In this document: piece by piece, positions 44,541 to 54,160 of the stretch
Position numbering within the stretch: position 1 is the stretch's first letter
Layout: each line of letters starts with the position of its first letter
Origin: a virus
Length of the DNA: 64,000 nucleotides
Reading direction: 5' to 3' (one strand)
Virus record (IMG/VR): IMGVR_UViG_3300005529_000002
Location: 1-64,000 of that record
Position numbers and translations under genes: made by a program
Notes under the pieces: model-generated
What the model saw: the letters and a program-made list of their open reading frames with translations, nothing else
Database searches by the model: none
What the model was told of the DNA's origin: nothing

Positions 44541-45980
44541 ATGGTGTGCGCGATGCCCGGGATAGACGGCGCTAGCCTGCGCGAATGGCGCAGGTCACGA
44601 GGCTGGGATGAGCCGAGGCTGGCGAGGGAGGTCCGCGAGGCTGCCCGCAGGCGCGGCGAGAGCTGCGCTGTCCAGCACGGCCTCGTCAAGATGATCAAGG
44701 CGTGGGAGCGGGGCGACCACCGCATCTCCGAGCGGTACGAGCTGCTGCTTCACGGGCTCGGGTACGGTAGCCCCCCGGAGGGCCCGGCCAGACGCGCCGT
44801 GCTCGCGGGAGGCGCGGGAGGCGCGATGCTGGCATTCGCTGACACGCTGCTGTTCGGCGGACCCGATGACAGCGGCGCGCGGGTGGCGCGTGCCGTCCGG
44901 CATCCGGCAGGGATCGACCAGGAATCGGTGGACTCGCTCGCGGGCGTCCTGGCCGCCCAGCGGCGCACCGAGGACTCGATAGGTGCCAGGGCCGTCACTG
45001 CGCCCGTGCTCGCCCAGCTCGCCGCCATCGAGGATCTCGTCAAGGACGCGCGCGGCCCGATGCGCCGGCCGCTGATCGGGGTCGCCCAGCAGTGGGCCCA
45101 GTTCAGCGCCTACCTGAAACGGGACGCGGGCGACCGGGCCGGGGACGCGGCCCTGCTGTCCCGTGCGCTGGAATGGGCAACCGAGGCGGGCGACGTGACG
45201 ATGATCGCGACCGCGCTGACCCAGCGCGCCGCGTTCGCCCTGGAAAGCGGGGAGCTGGGGACGGCCATCGGGCTGGCGCAGGCAGCCCGGAGCGACCGGA
45301 GGGCGGCCAGCGGGCAGCGGGCCTACGCCTGGGCCACCGAAGCGCGCGCCCACGCCATGGCAGGCGACGCAGGCGCGGCGGAGCGGGCCATCGGGCAGTC
45401 GCTGGAATGCGCCGGAGACCTCACGCCGCCCGGCTCGCGCAAACCATGGCTGTACTGGATGAGCCCGGAATATTTCCAGTGCGCCAGCGGCATCGCCCTG
45501 GTGCCCCTGGCCAGCGACCCGCGTCACCGCCGCCGGGCCGTCGCCGCACTGGAGGAAGGGCACGGGGCCCTTCCGGCGGACTACCGCGCTTCGGCGTGGA
45601 CGGCAGTGAACCTTGCTCACCTCGCTGCCGTGCACGTCCGCGGCGGGGACCTGGACGCGGCAGCGGACGCGGCGATGCGCGGGGCAGCGATAGCGCGCGC
45701 CACGGCATCAGCGCGGCTGGCAGTGATGCTGGAGTGCGTCAGGCGCAGGATGGAGGCGGCGGTACCGGGCCATCCCCTCGCGGACGAGCTGGGCCGTGCG
45801 CTGGAAGCCGTGCCCCTGTTACGATCCTGCTTACGCACACCGCGTCAAGACGCCCCCGCCGGTCCGCGACTGGCGGGGGCGTCTGCTGCCTCAGCCGCCG
45901 GCGGCGGGCACCTTCAGGCCGGCGGTCATAGCCGCGAGGCCCCTGCCTGCCCGCCCCCGCCACATTCAGGTAACGGATAG
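44541..45980 (+). CDS. XRE HTH regulator with helical (TPR-like) C-terminal domain
   Basis: LREWRRSRGW..MIKAWERG..; typical actinomycete XRE architecture; the last ~55 aa look like read-through. Confidence 0.75.
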   Translation: MVCAMPGIDGASLREWRRSRGWDEPRLAREVREAARRRGESCAVQHGLVKMIKAWERGDHRISERYELLLHGLGYGSPPEGPARRAVLAGGAGGAMLAFADTLLFGGPDDSGARVARAVRHPAGIDQESVDSLAGVLAAQRRTEDSIGARAVTAPVLAQLAAIEDLVKDARGPMRRPLIGVAQQWAQFSAYLKRDAGDRAGDAALLSRALEWATEAGDVTMIATALTQRAAFALESGELGTAIGLAQAARSDRRAASGQRAYAWATEARAHAMAGDAGAAERAIGQSLECAGDLTPPGSRKPWLYWMSPEYFQCASGIALVPLASDPRHRRRAVAALEEGHGALPADYRASAWTAVNLAHLAAVHVRGGDLDAAADAAMRGAAIARATASARLAVMLECVRRRMEAAVPGHPLADELGRALEAVPLLRSCLRTPRQDAPAGPRLAGASAASAAGGGHLQAGGHSREAPACPPPPHSGNG

Positions 45981-46060
45981 TGCGCGCCGGTATCACCGCC
46001 GCGTCCCGCCGCGTCTGGTTATGCGTATCCGCGCATAACTACGCCAGAGGGAGAACGGGA

Positions 46061-46417
46061 ATGCCGACGTGGAAGGTACCGGCCGTGATCGCCGTATGCG
46101 CGGGACTGGCCGGGTGCGCCAGCCTCGCCGGCTCCAGCACGCCCGCGAGCCAGGTGAGCGCCAGCGCGAGCGCCCCGCCGTGCACCACGGCGGCCTGCGT
46201 GATCACCGAGATACAGGACACCCTGGTGGGCACGGCAGCAAAGGACGGGGCGGCGTTCACCAAGTTCACCTGCTCTCCCTCCTCGCTCAAGGTTTCAGCC
46301 GGCCCCACCTACACGGTGAAGTGCACGGCCTACTACTCGGACGGCATGACCGCGAGAGGCACCGGGAACTGGCTGCTGAAGACCGGCGACGTGACGTTCG
46401 TCCCGTCGGGCGCCTAG
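46061..46417 (+). CDS. Putative lipoprotein
   Basis: Lipobox LAG-C; GAGGGAG RBS. Confidence 0.7.
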   Translation: MPTWKVPAVIAVCAGLAGCASLAGSSTPASQVSASASAPPCTTAACVITEIQDTLVGTAAKDGAAFTKFTCSPSSLKVSAGPTYTVKCTAYYSDGMTARGTGNWLLKTGDVTFVPSGA

Positions 46418-46457
46418 CCGGCCCGGCACAGCCCGCCGTCCGGTATATGTACCTTCC

Positions 46458-46766
46458 GTGACCCGGCGTGCAATCGTCCTGCTGATCGCGGTGCTCGGCA
46501 TCTGGCACCTGGCCTCCTCGCCGCGCCGCCCGCCGGAGCCTCCCGCCGCCGGGGTCACCGCAGAGGAGGACCCGCCGGCCGGGGCGGGCATCCTCAGGCT
46601 GGCTGCCGTGCCGGCCTGCTACATCGCGCTCCTCGCCGCAGCAGTCGCCGGCTGGAAACTGCTGCGCATCCCTGATCACGGGTCAGAGACACTCTGGTTC
46701 TGCGCCGGTTTCCTGGCACTGTCCGGGTACGCGACGGTGAAGGTCACGTCCTGGAGTGCCGGGTGA
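46458..46766 (+). CDS. Membrane protein
   Basis: Three hydrophobic segments. Confidence 0.55.
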   Translation: MTRRAIVLLIAVLGIWHLASSPRRPPEPPAAGVTAEEDPPAGAGILRLAAVPACYIALLAAAVAGWKLLRIPDHGSETLWFCAGFLALSGYATVKVTSWSAG

Positions 46767-46853
46767 GCCCCGGTTATGCGCTCCTGCCGCTCTCGCGCTC
46801 GCCGTCACCTGCGGGAGGTCCCAGGACCCGGGGGGTTCCGGAGTCCCGGGGAC

Positions 46854-47108
46854 TCAGGGGCGCGGGGGTTCGGCTTGGCCTGCTACGACTTCGGCGAGGT
46901 AGTTCGGCGTGTACCGATCGGGCCGCGTCCATCCGCTGACCTCGACGCCGAAGTCCTCGGCCATGGTGCCGGCTGCTGCCTTCTGCGCGCCGGCCACGTC
47001 GTCTGCGGCGACGGCCGGGTAGGAGCACACCAGGTCGGTCCCGGCGCGGAGGACCCACGCCTCAGCGTCCGCCGGGTCCTCCCAGCAGAGCCAGTATTCG
47101 GTGATCAT
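46854..47108 (-). CDS. Hypothetical protein
   Basis: AGGAG RBS. Confidence 0.55.
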   Translation of the reverse strand: MITEYWLCWEDPADAEAWVLRAGTDLVCSYPAVAADDVAGAQKAAAGTMAEDFGVEVSGWTRPDRYTPNYLAEVVAGQAEPPRP

Positions 47109-47439
47109 GACTTATCTCCTGTGCTCTGCACGGTCTGGATCCGGTCCGCCTGCTCGCGGTAGGCGGCGAGCGCCTCGTCGAGTAGTAACTACCGCAAGTC
47201 TCAGCCGCGAAGTAAGGCCACTGTCACCCCGGAGTAAGTGAGCTGTAGCCGAAATGGGCCAATCATCGCGGAACCGTGAATCCGTCACGCCAGCCCCGAG
47301 CCCCGCCAGCCACGCACCCCATCCGCGTCCCCAGCCTGCCGCCATGCCTGCCCAGGCCAGGACTGCCCCGGCCGGGACGCAGGCGGCCCCGCCGATGATG
47401 ACCGCATTCAGGTGGAAGGTGATGCTCACGACGGGGAGC

Positions 47440-47715
47440 CTAGTTCGAGATCCTGCACCGGGGGCAGGAATCCCCGCCCGGCGTGGCGGTCCACCCTGGC
47501 GGGAGCTGCGGCTCGCCGAAGTCCACCTCGGCCGCGTCCCCGCAGCCGTCGCAGCGGACAGCCGCCGCCGTGACCGCGCCGGGCTCGATCTCCGGCAGGC
47601 TCGCCTTGAGCTGGCGGAAGCGTTCTGCGGTGTCTGCTTCCCCGTCCGCTATCTCAGTGGTCAGGGTCGCGTCGCCGGTCGCCTTGTCGATCGTGAGACG
47701 CTGGATCTCCCTCAC
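47440..47715 (-). CDS. Zn-finger hypothetical protein
   Basis: RCDGCG..LPPGW..DSCPRC. Confidence 0.55.
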   Translation of the reverse strand: MREIQRLTIDKATGDATLTTEIADGEADTAERFRQLKASLPEIEPGAVTAAAVRCDGCGDAAEVDFGEPQLPPGWTATPGGDSCPRCRISN

Positions 47716-48134
47716 GGTTTCGAGCCCGGCTCTCCGCACAGCCGGGAGTCGTGAGCGCGCATCTGGACCCACTCCCACGTCTTGAGCGCTTCCTGCCGTA
47801 GCGTCTGCCCTGTGTCGTGGTTGTGATGGCCTTCGAGGCAGGCTACCGAGCCGAGCACGTTCCGCATCAGGCATTCCTTGTGGGCGTGCCGGATCGAGGA
47901 CCCTTCGAGGGTGTGGCACGGCGTCGCCTGCCCGCTGTCGCCTGCCGCCTCGTCGAACAGCTCGTCGCAAAGCAGGCAGGACTCACCGGACGGGAACGGC
48001 TTGCGCATCTCCTCGATCAGCCGGCCGGCCTCGTCGTAGCAGACGTAAGACCACCAGGGTTTGCCGAACCATCCCCAGTTGGCGCGGCGGACCTCAATCG
48101 GCATGTCGTCAACTGGCGTCTTAGGCTCACTCAT
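47712..48134 (-). CDS. Hypothetical protein
   Basis: CLLCDE..HKECLMR.VLGSVACLEG. Confidence 0.6.
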   Translation of the reverse strand: MSEPKTPVDDMPIEVRRANWGWFGKPWWSYVCYDEAGRLIEEMRKPFPSGESCLLCDELFDEAAGDSGQATPCHTLEGSSIRHAHKECLMRNVLGSVACLEGHHNHDTGQTLRQEALKTWEWVQMRAHDSRLCGEPGSKP

Positions 48135-48304
48135 GCCGGCCATTCTCCGCGTCCCTCCGCCCATCGCCGGAAATTCTCCTCGATCGTGCCTTCCGCCGGG
48201 TCCCTCATCGACGCGAGCGCCCTGACGGCCTTCTCCGGTGTGGGGTCATCCTCGGACCAGCCGGGACGGGGGTCCCACCCGCCGTGCTCGATCACGTACC
48301 TCAT
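48131..48304 (-). CDS. Small hypothetical protein
   Basis: ATGA overlaps on both sides. Confidence 0.5.
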   Translation of the reverse strand: MRYVIEHGGWDPRPGWSEDDPTPEKAVRALASMRDPAEGTIEENFRRWAEGRGEWPA

Positions 48305-48654
48305 GATGCGCCCCCGTTCTCGCGGGTCATCCTGCGTACCGCCTCGATGGCGTCATGCGCGCGCTGCACCGGTTCCTCCAGTTCAGCAGCCAGTTCCTCG
48401 GCGGTGAGCGTACTGCTCGCCGCCTCGTCCATCAGGTCCCCGAACGGCATCCTGGTCCGGATGGCCTCCGGCCGAAGCCACGTGCCGCGTGCCGCCGCGG
48501 TGAGCCTGGCGATCTCAGCCTCGTCGGCGACACCGTAGAGCGCGAGCATGGCCTGGACGTCGGTCACGCTGACCGTGTTCGTCCCGTTCTCGACCCGGAC
48601 GAACTTCGACGACGACCAGTCCAGGCCTGCGGCTGCCTGCTTCTGGGTCAGCCC
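48301..48654 (-). pseudogene. Truncated WhiJ/Scr1-type XRE regulator fragment
   Basis: GLTQKQAAAGLDWSSSKFVRVENG..SVTDVQAMLALYGV..; no in-frame start directly before the HTH and no DUF5753-like C-domain. Confidence 0.55.
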
Positions 48655-48848
48655 GGGACACGCCGGAAACCCGGCCGCCCGTTCTCCTCCCGCTCGATCC
48701 GCCGCCCCATCTCGACGAGCTGGTCCTCGCAGAACGCCCGTGCCGCCTGTACCTCCACGGCCTCGCGGAGCCGGGCGAGTTCGGCGAGGATGCCGGCGAG
48801 CTGCCCGGCCAGATTGTCCTCGGGCGGGCGCGTACGATCGCTTACCAC
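48648..48848 (-). CDS. Hypothetical protein
   Basis: RBS and upstream hairpin at ~48875-48918. Confidence 0.5.
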   Translation of the reverse strand: MVSDRTRPPEDNLAGQLAGILAELARLREAVEVQAARAFCEDQLVEMGRRIEREENGRPGFRRVPG

Positions 48849-49044
48849 GGTTCCGGGCCTCTCTCTGCGGGGTCGGGTTCCCAGGCCGGCCGGGGTGTTC
48901 TCAGCACCTCGGCCGGCTGCTTTTCACGTCAGGTCCAGCGCTCCTCGCGCGCCATCTGCTCGGCTTCGGGATCAAGCTGGCCGGGGGACTCAGCGGTCAC
49001 GCCCATGGCGATCAGCGCCTCGCGGAGTTCTGCGAGCGTCATCG

Positions 49045-49413
49045 TCACGCCGCCTTCCGCACCGCGTTGAGCACTCGCACGGCAGCCACGTGGTAGCACG
49101 GCCGCTCGTGCATCCCGGCGGGGCATGTGCACATGGCGCTGTGCACCAGGTAAGTCACGTCCCCGCTGCTGCTGCTCGCCCTGTAGACGCCGGGCCGGGA
49201 GGTGGGCACGAGGCCGCCGTCCGCGATCAGTTCCGCAGCCTTGCCGCGCTGAGCCAGGGTGAAGCCGGCGAACGCGGTCTCGATGGCGGCCTTGCGGATC
49301 CGCGCCAGGCAGCGCGGGCCGTAGCCTGCGGCTACCGAGGCCGGGGCGGTCAGCTTGCGCCCGCAGCCGGGCCGGAGGCACCTGGCGGTGCGGCATTCTG
49401 CGGTATTGCTCAT
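49045..49413 (-). CDS. DUF6011-like + SWIM Zn-finger protein
   Basis: CGRKLTAPASVAAGYGPRC..CTCPAG..CYH. Confidence 0.75.
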   Translation of the reverse strand: MSNTAECRTARCLRPGCGRKLTAPASVAAGYGPRCLARIRKAAIETAFAGFTLAQRGKAAELIADGGLVPTSRPGVYRASSSSGDVTYLVHSAMCTCPAGMHERPCYHVAAVRVLNAVRKAA

Positions 49414-49468
49414 GAGTCCACTGTAGGGCACACTGTAGCCACAGTCAATCCACATGAGAGGATATGCC

Positions 49469-49699
49469 GTGAGCGACAGAAAGGCTTACGCCGTGCCCCA
49501 AGAAGGAACCCCGATCCGGCGCATCCGCATGGATGACGACCTGTGGGAACGACTAGAGCAGGCAGCCAAGGCAGCCGACCCGGACTCGAACCGGACGGCC
49601 CTGCTGCGGAAGTTCGCGCGCTGGTACGTCGGCGACATCGACGACATGCCGCAGCGCCCAGCCGCCCCGAAGATCCGCGACGGCAAGACACGGGCATGA
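49469..49699 (+). CDS. Ribbon-helix-helix regulator
   Basis: TPIRRIRMDDDLWERLEQAA..NRTALLRKFARWYV. Confidence 0.75.
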   Translation: MSDRKAYAVPQEGTPIRRIRMDDDLWERLEQAAKAADPDSNRTALLRKFARWYVGDIDDMPQRPAAPKIRDGKTRA

Positions 49700-49727
49700 C
49701 CCCGCTGGCCGGAGTTACGATGCCCTC

Positions 49728-49976
49728 ATGACCGCCCAGCCCGAAGACGCCCACGAGATCATCCACCTAGGCGGCGAAGCAGCGGTGATCGTCCCGCTTG
49801 AGGAATACCGCACCCTGAAAGCACTCCGGGACAACGCCACCCCGGACGCGATCGAGCTGGCCGAGATGGACGCCGCCATCGCAGAGCACCAGGCATGGGA
49901 GGCGGCCGGGGCACCTGGCGGCTACCTCACCCACGAGGAAGTCATGGCCGAACTGCTGACTGAGCCTCAGCCGTGA
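49728..49976 (+). CDS. Phd-like antitoxin
   Basis: AAVIVPLEEY..LTHEEVMAEL; overlaps the toxin start. Confidence 0.75.
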   Translation: MTAQPEDAHEIIHLGGEAAVIVPLEEYRTLKALRDNATPDAIELAEMDAAIAEHQAWEAAGAPGGYLTHEEVMAELLTEPQP

Positions 49977-50203
49977 GAGTCCTGTGGCTCACCCGGGCAA
50001 AAGAGCAGGCCCGCGAGCACATGCACGACCAGGCCGCGCTCCGCGAGCTGAACGCCGCCGTCACCGCTTTAACACAGGACCCGGAACCGCCTGAGGCTTT
50101 CGTTCGCGGCGAGTACCGCAGGCTCCGCGCCGGAGACTGGCGCATCCTGTACGAGTTCCGGGGCGACCTGATTATCGTCGTCAGGGTAGACCGCGCCAGC
50201 TAA
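49973..50203 (+). CDS. RelE/ParE-family toxin
   Basis: L.QDPEPP..YRRLRAGDWRILYE..IIVVRV. Confidence 0.85.
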   Translation: MRVLWLTRAKEQAREHMHDQAALRELNAAVTALTQDPEPPEAFVRGEYRRLRAGDWRILYEFRGDLIIVVRVDRAS

Positions 50204-50231
50204 GCGGCCGGGCGGTCGGTTCCCGACTTCC

Positions 50232-50277
50232 GGACATCCCGGGACACGACTGGTCCTGACCCGGGGGTGTCCGTTTT
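50232..50277 (+). terminator. Intrinsic terminator after the TA operon
   Basis: GGACATCCCGGG..CCCGGGGGTGTCC followed by GTTTT. Confidence 0.55.
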
Positions 50278-50315
50278 GCCCGTTGGTCGGTTTCCGGCCT
50301 GCAATCGGTCCGCAG

Positions 50316-50513
50316 CTATTCGGGCCTGGGGTTCTCAGGCTCGCCGGGGCGGCGCGGAGGTTCGTTCGACTCTCCGGCCATCCACAGCAGCCATTGGGTG
50401 AATCGCTCCTCCATGGTGGAACCATCCCGGTGAACCGCTTCTTTGGCGCGCATGTAGAGGTCCCGGTCGGGCCGTAGCGGCGGCCGGAAAGTGCGCCTGT
50501 GTCGGTCTGCCAT
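50316..50513 (-). CDS. RHH-like regulator divergent from the transfer module
   Basis: RPDRDLYMRAKEAV..GSTMEE..TQWLLW.AGE..PPRRP. Confidence 0.6.
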   Translation of the reverse strand: MADRHRRTFRPPLRPDRDLYMRAKEAVHRDGSTMEERFTQWLLWMAGESNEPPRRPGEPENPRPE

Positions 50514-50698
50514 GTTGCCGACAATCATCGCATGATCCGCTTGCATGATGGCCCCGGCTGCCGTACCGTGAATGTGGGCATCCCACACGGAAGCCGCGAC
50601 CGTCCTGGTAACTCGACTACCAGGAACAAGGCGGGGCATGGCCAGCGACTCGACCGCGGCCATGCCCCTTGGCCCAGCCTGCTAAGGAGGCCGGACCC

Positions 50699-50998
50699 AT
50701 GGGTCATCATGCCATCACGCAGCTCTGGCTCAGCAGCCTCACCCGCCGCGCCGCTGCCTTCCTCGCCGCGGTCTTCAAAGGCCCGTGGTGCCTCGGATGC
50801 GACTGCTGCGGAACCACCCTGAAGAAGGGCCGCCGTACCCGCTGGTTCCTGACCCGTGAAGCAGCAGACCGCGCTGGTCTCGAAGCCGGCTGGCAGACCG
50901 CGGCGGGCAGGAGCGATTCCGAGATCTGCCCCGCCTGCCTGGAGCAGCGGGGCCAGGCGGTCACTTTCTCTCAGGACACCCCGGCCGGTGAGTCATGA
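50699..50998 (+). CDS. Zn-finger hypothetical protein
   Basis: CDCCG..AGW..ICPAC; AAGGAGG RBS. Confidence 0.6.
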   Translation: MGHHAITQLWLSSLTRRAAAFLAAVFKGPWCLGCDCCGTTLKKGRRTRWFLTREAADRAGLEAGWQTAAGRSDSEICPACLEQRGQAVTFSQDTPAGES

Positions 50999-51282
50999 GC
51001 CTCCCCGCCTGGAGCTGGGCAGACCGCGCCGCGTGCAAGGGCACCGACCCGGACGCGGCATTGTTCTTCGGGCTGGACGGCGAGCGCGGCCCCGAGCGGG
51101 ATAAGCGCGAAGCAGCGGCCCGGACAGTCTGCGCGCCGTGCCCGGTGCGCATCGCCTGCCTGGACTACGCCATCGCCAACGCCGAGCGGTACGGCACGTG
51201 GGGCGGATTCAGCGAGGACGAGCGTGCCGCTGAGCGCCGCCGCCAGATGCGCCGCGCCGCCAGGAAGCAGGCAGCGGCATGA
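50995..51282 (+). CDS. whiB: WhiB-family transcription factor
   Basis: WADRAAC..LFF..AARTVCAPCPVRIACLDYA..GTWGG.SEDER. Confidence 0.93.
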   Translation: MSLPAWSWADRAACKGTDPDAALFFGLDGERGPERDKREAAARTVCAPCPVRIACLDYAIANAERYGTWGGFSEDERAAERRRQMRRAARKQAAA

Positions 51283-51500
51283 TCCGCGTCCTGCTCGCCG
51301 CCATGCTGGCCGCAACCGGCCACGCAGGGGCATCGGTACTCGTCGCCGTCCTCGTGATCGCGGCCCGGCTGGCCAGGGTCCTGCTGCCGGTGCTGCCCCA
51401 GCTGGCCGTCGCCGTTCCCGCAGTCGCGATCGTCCTGACCGGCCTCCTGGCGTTCCGGGCCGTCAAGGGATGGCCTCACCTCGCGGCGGTGGCCGGATGA
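51279..51500 (+). CDS. Small membrane protein
   Basis: Highly hydrophobic; coupled to whiB and the translocase. Confidence 0.6.
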   Translation: MIRVLLAAMLAATGHAGASVLVAVLVIAARLARVLLPVLPQLAVAVPAVAIVLTGLLAFRAVKGWPHLAAVAG

Positions 51501-53668
51501 CCGCCAGCGGCCCGCAGAACCTGCCCGCCGTCCCTGGCGAGTCCGGCGCGGACGAGATCGTCGACGGGGTGATCGTCGACGAGCCGCCCGGCGTTGACGG
51601 GCCGGCGGCCGGCGTCGCCGCCGTCATCCGGGTTATCGTGCGGCCTGAGCACGCCAAGTCGGCCGGCCGTCACCTGGCCTACATCCCGCTCGGCTTCGCC
51701 GTCATGTGCCGTCGCCTGTGGGACAGCCGGACGACAGCCCGCTACGAGCGGTTCATCCGGGCAGCCGAAGCGGCCGGGAACCACGAGGCCGCGCTGGAGT
51801 GGGACGACCAGACGCAGACGTTCCGCCGCGACCGGCACCAGCGCCGCGTCGACATGATCGAAGTGCCCGTCCGGGTGCTGCTGATGCTCCCGAAGATCGG
51901 CATGGGCCTGCTCGGCGTTCTTCTCTGCCTCGGCATCATGCTGGCTGTCGCCACGGGGCACGTCTCCGAGGTCGCCGTCCCGGCCAGGGTGCTCGCACGG
52001 ATCGTGTTCTGGACGGGACTCGTGCTGTCGGTGTCCTGGGGTCCGCTCCTGCTCTCGCTGCCCTGGATAGCCCTCGGCGCGCTGTGGTGGACCGGCCGGG
52101 CGCACGCCAACGCGAACCTGACCGGCTGGCTGGTGCCGGATAAGGACGAGGAGGACGCCGGCATCGTGGTGACGGCGGACACGATCGTGCTGGCCCTCCA
52201 GAACCTGGACAAGATCCCCGCGCTGAAGAAAGCGTTCAAGGACGGCTGGCGGCCAACATTCCACACGCTGCCGGTCAAGGACGGCCGAGGCTACTTCACG
52301 GTGTTCAGCGTCCCGCTCGGCGTCACCGCCGGGATGGTCGCCGACCAGCGGCCGGTGCTCGCCCGCAACGTGCACCGCGCCGAACCGGAGGTGTGGCCGA
52401 CCGACGCCGAGAAATCCGGTCAGGGGCCGGCAGGCACCGTCGCCATGTGGATCGCCGACCCCGGCGTCCTGTCCAAGGCCGCGCCGGAGTACCCGCTCAT
52501 GCACGAAGGCACCGCCGACGTGTTCACGGGCGTGCCGGGCGGGGTGGTGGCGCGCGGCGACGGCCTCCTCATCCCGGTCGTTGGCAACAACTTCGTGGCC
52601 GGCGGCCAGATGGGCCAAGGGAAGTCCAACGCCTGCCGCGTGCTCATGCTCGGCTGCGCCCTGGATCCGCTCGCCGTGCTGGACGTTTTCGTGTTCGCGA
52701 ACAACGGCGACTTCGACGCGTACGCGCCCCGGCTGCACATCTACCGCAAAGGCGTCGAGGACGACGTGGTCCTGGCCGCCCTCGGCCGCCTGCACCAGCT
52801 GTATGGCGAAGTCGGCCGGCGCGAGCAGCGTCTCGCGGACCTCGGCGCGAAGAAGGTCACCCGCGGACTGGCGCAGGAGCACCCGGACCTGCGGCCGGTC
52901 ATCGCCCTGTTCAGCGAGTGCCATGAGCTGTTCGGCCACCCCGAGTACGGCGAGGAAGCCGCCGACGTGGCCACCAAGACAATCAAGCGGGCGCGGAAGA
53001 CCGCCGTCTCCCTGGGGTTCGACACCCAGAGCAGCCGCAAGGAAGCCATACCGCCGAAGCTGGTCGAGCTGGTCAGCGTCAACGCGTGCTTCTACGTCAA
53101 GACCTGGCGCTCCAATGACGGCTTCCTCGGCGACGGGTCGTTCGCCGCGGGCATCCGCGCGACCGAGCTGCGGCCCGGCCGCGACCGGGGCACGTCGGTA
53201 ATCACCGGCGTGTCCGAGGCGCAGTTCGAGCTGCTCCGCTGGTATTTCGTGGAGGTCAACGACGACACCGGCTATGACGCGGCGGCCGAGGTGATCGGCC
53301 GCGCCATGGCGAGCCTCGCGCCCGGCACGCGCCTGACATCAGGCGAGCCGCTGCCCGAGATCGAGCGCCGCGACCTCCTCGACGACCTGGACGAGGTGCT
53401 CGAATACGAGCGGGTCAAGCTGGCCGACTTGCCCGCGCTGCTCCGCGAGCTGGCCGGGGACTGGGGACCGTACCGGAACCTGACCGGCACCCAGCTCCGC
53501 GAGCTGCTTGATGACCTGGACGTGCGGACCACGAACGTCGGGAACGTGCCGAGGCTCGACCCGGCCGACCTGCGCCGTGCGCTGGCCGGAAGGGGTGAGT
53601 TAGATCGCGCCCCTCTACCCGGAACAGGCCCTGCGGGCACCTGCGGACGGGGACCTAACCCCGCCTAA
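51497..53668 (+). CDS. TraB-like FtsK/SpoIIIE DNA translocase
   Basis: N-terminal TM helices, Walker A GQMGQGKS, variant Walker B IALFSECHE, RARK..DTQ motif and a short C-terminal wHTH-like domain. Confidence 0.85.
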   Translation: MTASGPQNLPAVPGESGADEIVDGVIVDEPPGVDGPAAGVAAVIRVIVRPEHAKSAGRHLAYIPLGFAVMCRRLWDSRTTARYERFIRAAEAAGNHEAALEWDDQTQTFRRDRHQRRVDMIEVPVRVLLMLPKIGMGLLGVLLCLGIMLAVATGHVSEVAVPARVLARIVFWTGLVLSVSWGPLLLSLPWIALGALWWTGRAHANANLTGWLVPDKDEEDAGIVVTADTIVLALQNLDKIPALKKAFKDGWRPTFHTLPVKDGRGYFTVFSVPLGVTAGMVADQRPVLARNVHRAEPEVWPTDAEKSGQGPAGTVAMWIADPGVLSKAAPEYPLMHEGTADVFTGVPGGVVARGDGLLIPVVGNNFVAGGQMGQGKSNACRVLMLGCALDPLAVLDVFVFANNGDFDAYAPRLHIYRKGVEDDVVLAALGRLHQLYGEVGRREQRLADLGAKKVTRGLAQEHPDLRPVIALFSECHELFGHPEYGEEAADVATKTIKRARKTAVSLGFDTQSSRKEAIPPKLVELVSVNACFYVKTWRSNDGFLGDGSFAAGIRATELRPGRDRGTSVITGVSEAQFELLRWYFVEVNDDTGYDAAAEVIGRAMASLAPGTRLTSGEPLPEIERRDLLDDLDEVLEYERVKLADLPALLRELAGDWGPYRNLTGTQLRELLDDLDVRTTNVGNVPRLDPADLRRALAGRGELDRAPLPGTGPAGTCGRGPNPA

Positions 53669-53773
53669 CCCGTCTAACGCGACCTAACTTCTGCAGGTCA
53701 GGGACCTGCGGGCAGCGATCGCCCCCACCTAACGAGGGGGTTAGAAAACTAACCCCCGCACCCGTGAGCTAAC
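53599..53773. repeat. clt-like CTAAC repeat cluster
   Basis: CTAAC at 53655, 53665, 53674, 53684, 53729, 53749 and 53769; inverted GTTAG at 53599 and 53740. Confidence 0.7.
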
Positions 53774-53791
53774 CCGGGAGGATCACATCCG

Positions 53792-54127
53792 GTGCTGTCG
53801 AGGACCGTCAGGCGGGAAGCCCGCAAGCGGATCGGGAACCCTCTGCGCGAAGCGGTGCGCCGCGCCGCCGAGCAGTGGTGCCCTGAATGCCAGAAGCGCG
53901 TCCAGCCATTCCACCTGTGCATGGTCAGGACCGATTTCAGGCAGCGCAAGGCGGAAGCCGGACGGCAGGTCAGGCGCGGCGGAGGCCCGGAAACTGCCAG
54001 GGGCGGCCGGCGGGACGCGCGCACGGCGCACGACTACCAGACCTGTCCTGACCGCGGCTGCCCGCGCCCGCTGTGCCGGGCGTTCCGCGAAGGCCAGCTC
54101 GCCTGCCCGCTACCTCACCAGGGGTGA
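53792..54127 (+). CDS. Cys/His-rich hypothetical protein
   Basis: CPEC..HLC..HDYQTC..C..PLC..CPLPH. Confidence 0.55.
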   Translation: MLSRTVRREARKRIGNPLREAVRRAAEQWCPECQKRVQPFHLCMVRTDFRQRKAEAGRQVRRGGGPETARGGRRDARTAHDYQTCPDRGCPRPLCRAFREGQLACPLPHQG

Positions 54128-54160
54128 TGTCTTGAACCAGCACAGGAAGGAGCGCAGGTC

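Noticed and set aside
47110-47290. Lower-GC stretch with GCGGTAG/CTACCGC pairing as an ncRNA
   Set aside because: Only one short stem; more simply a promoter region for 46854-47108.
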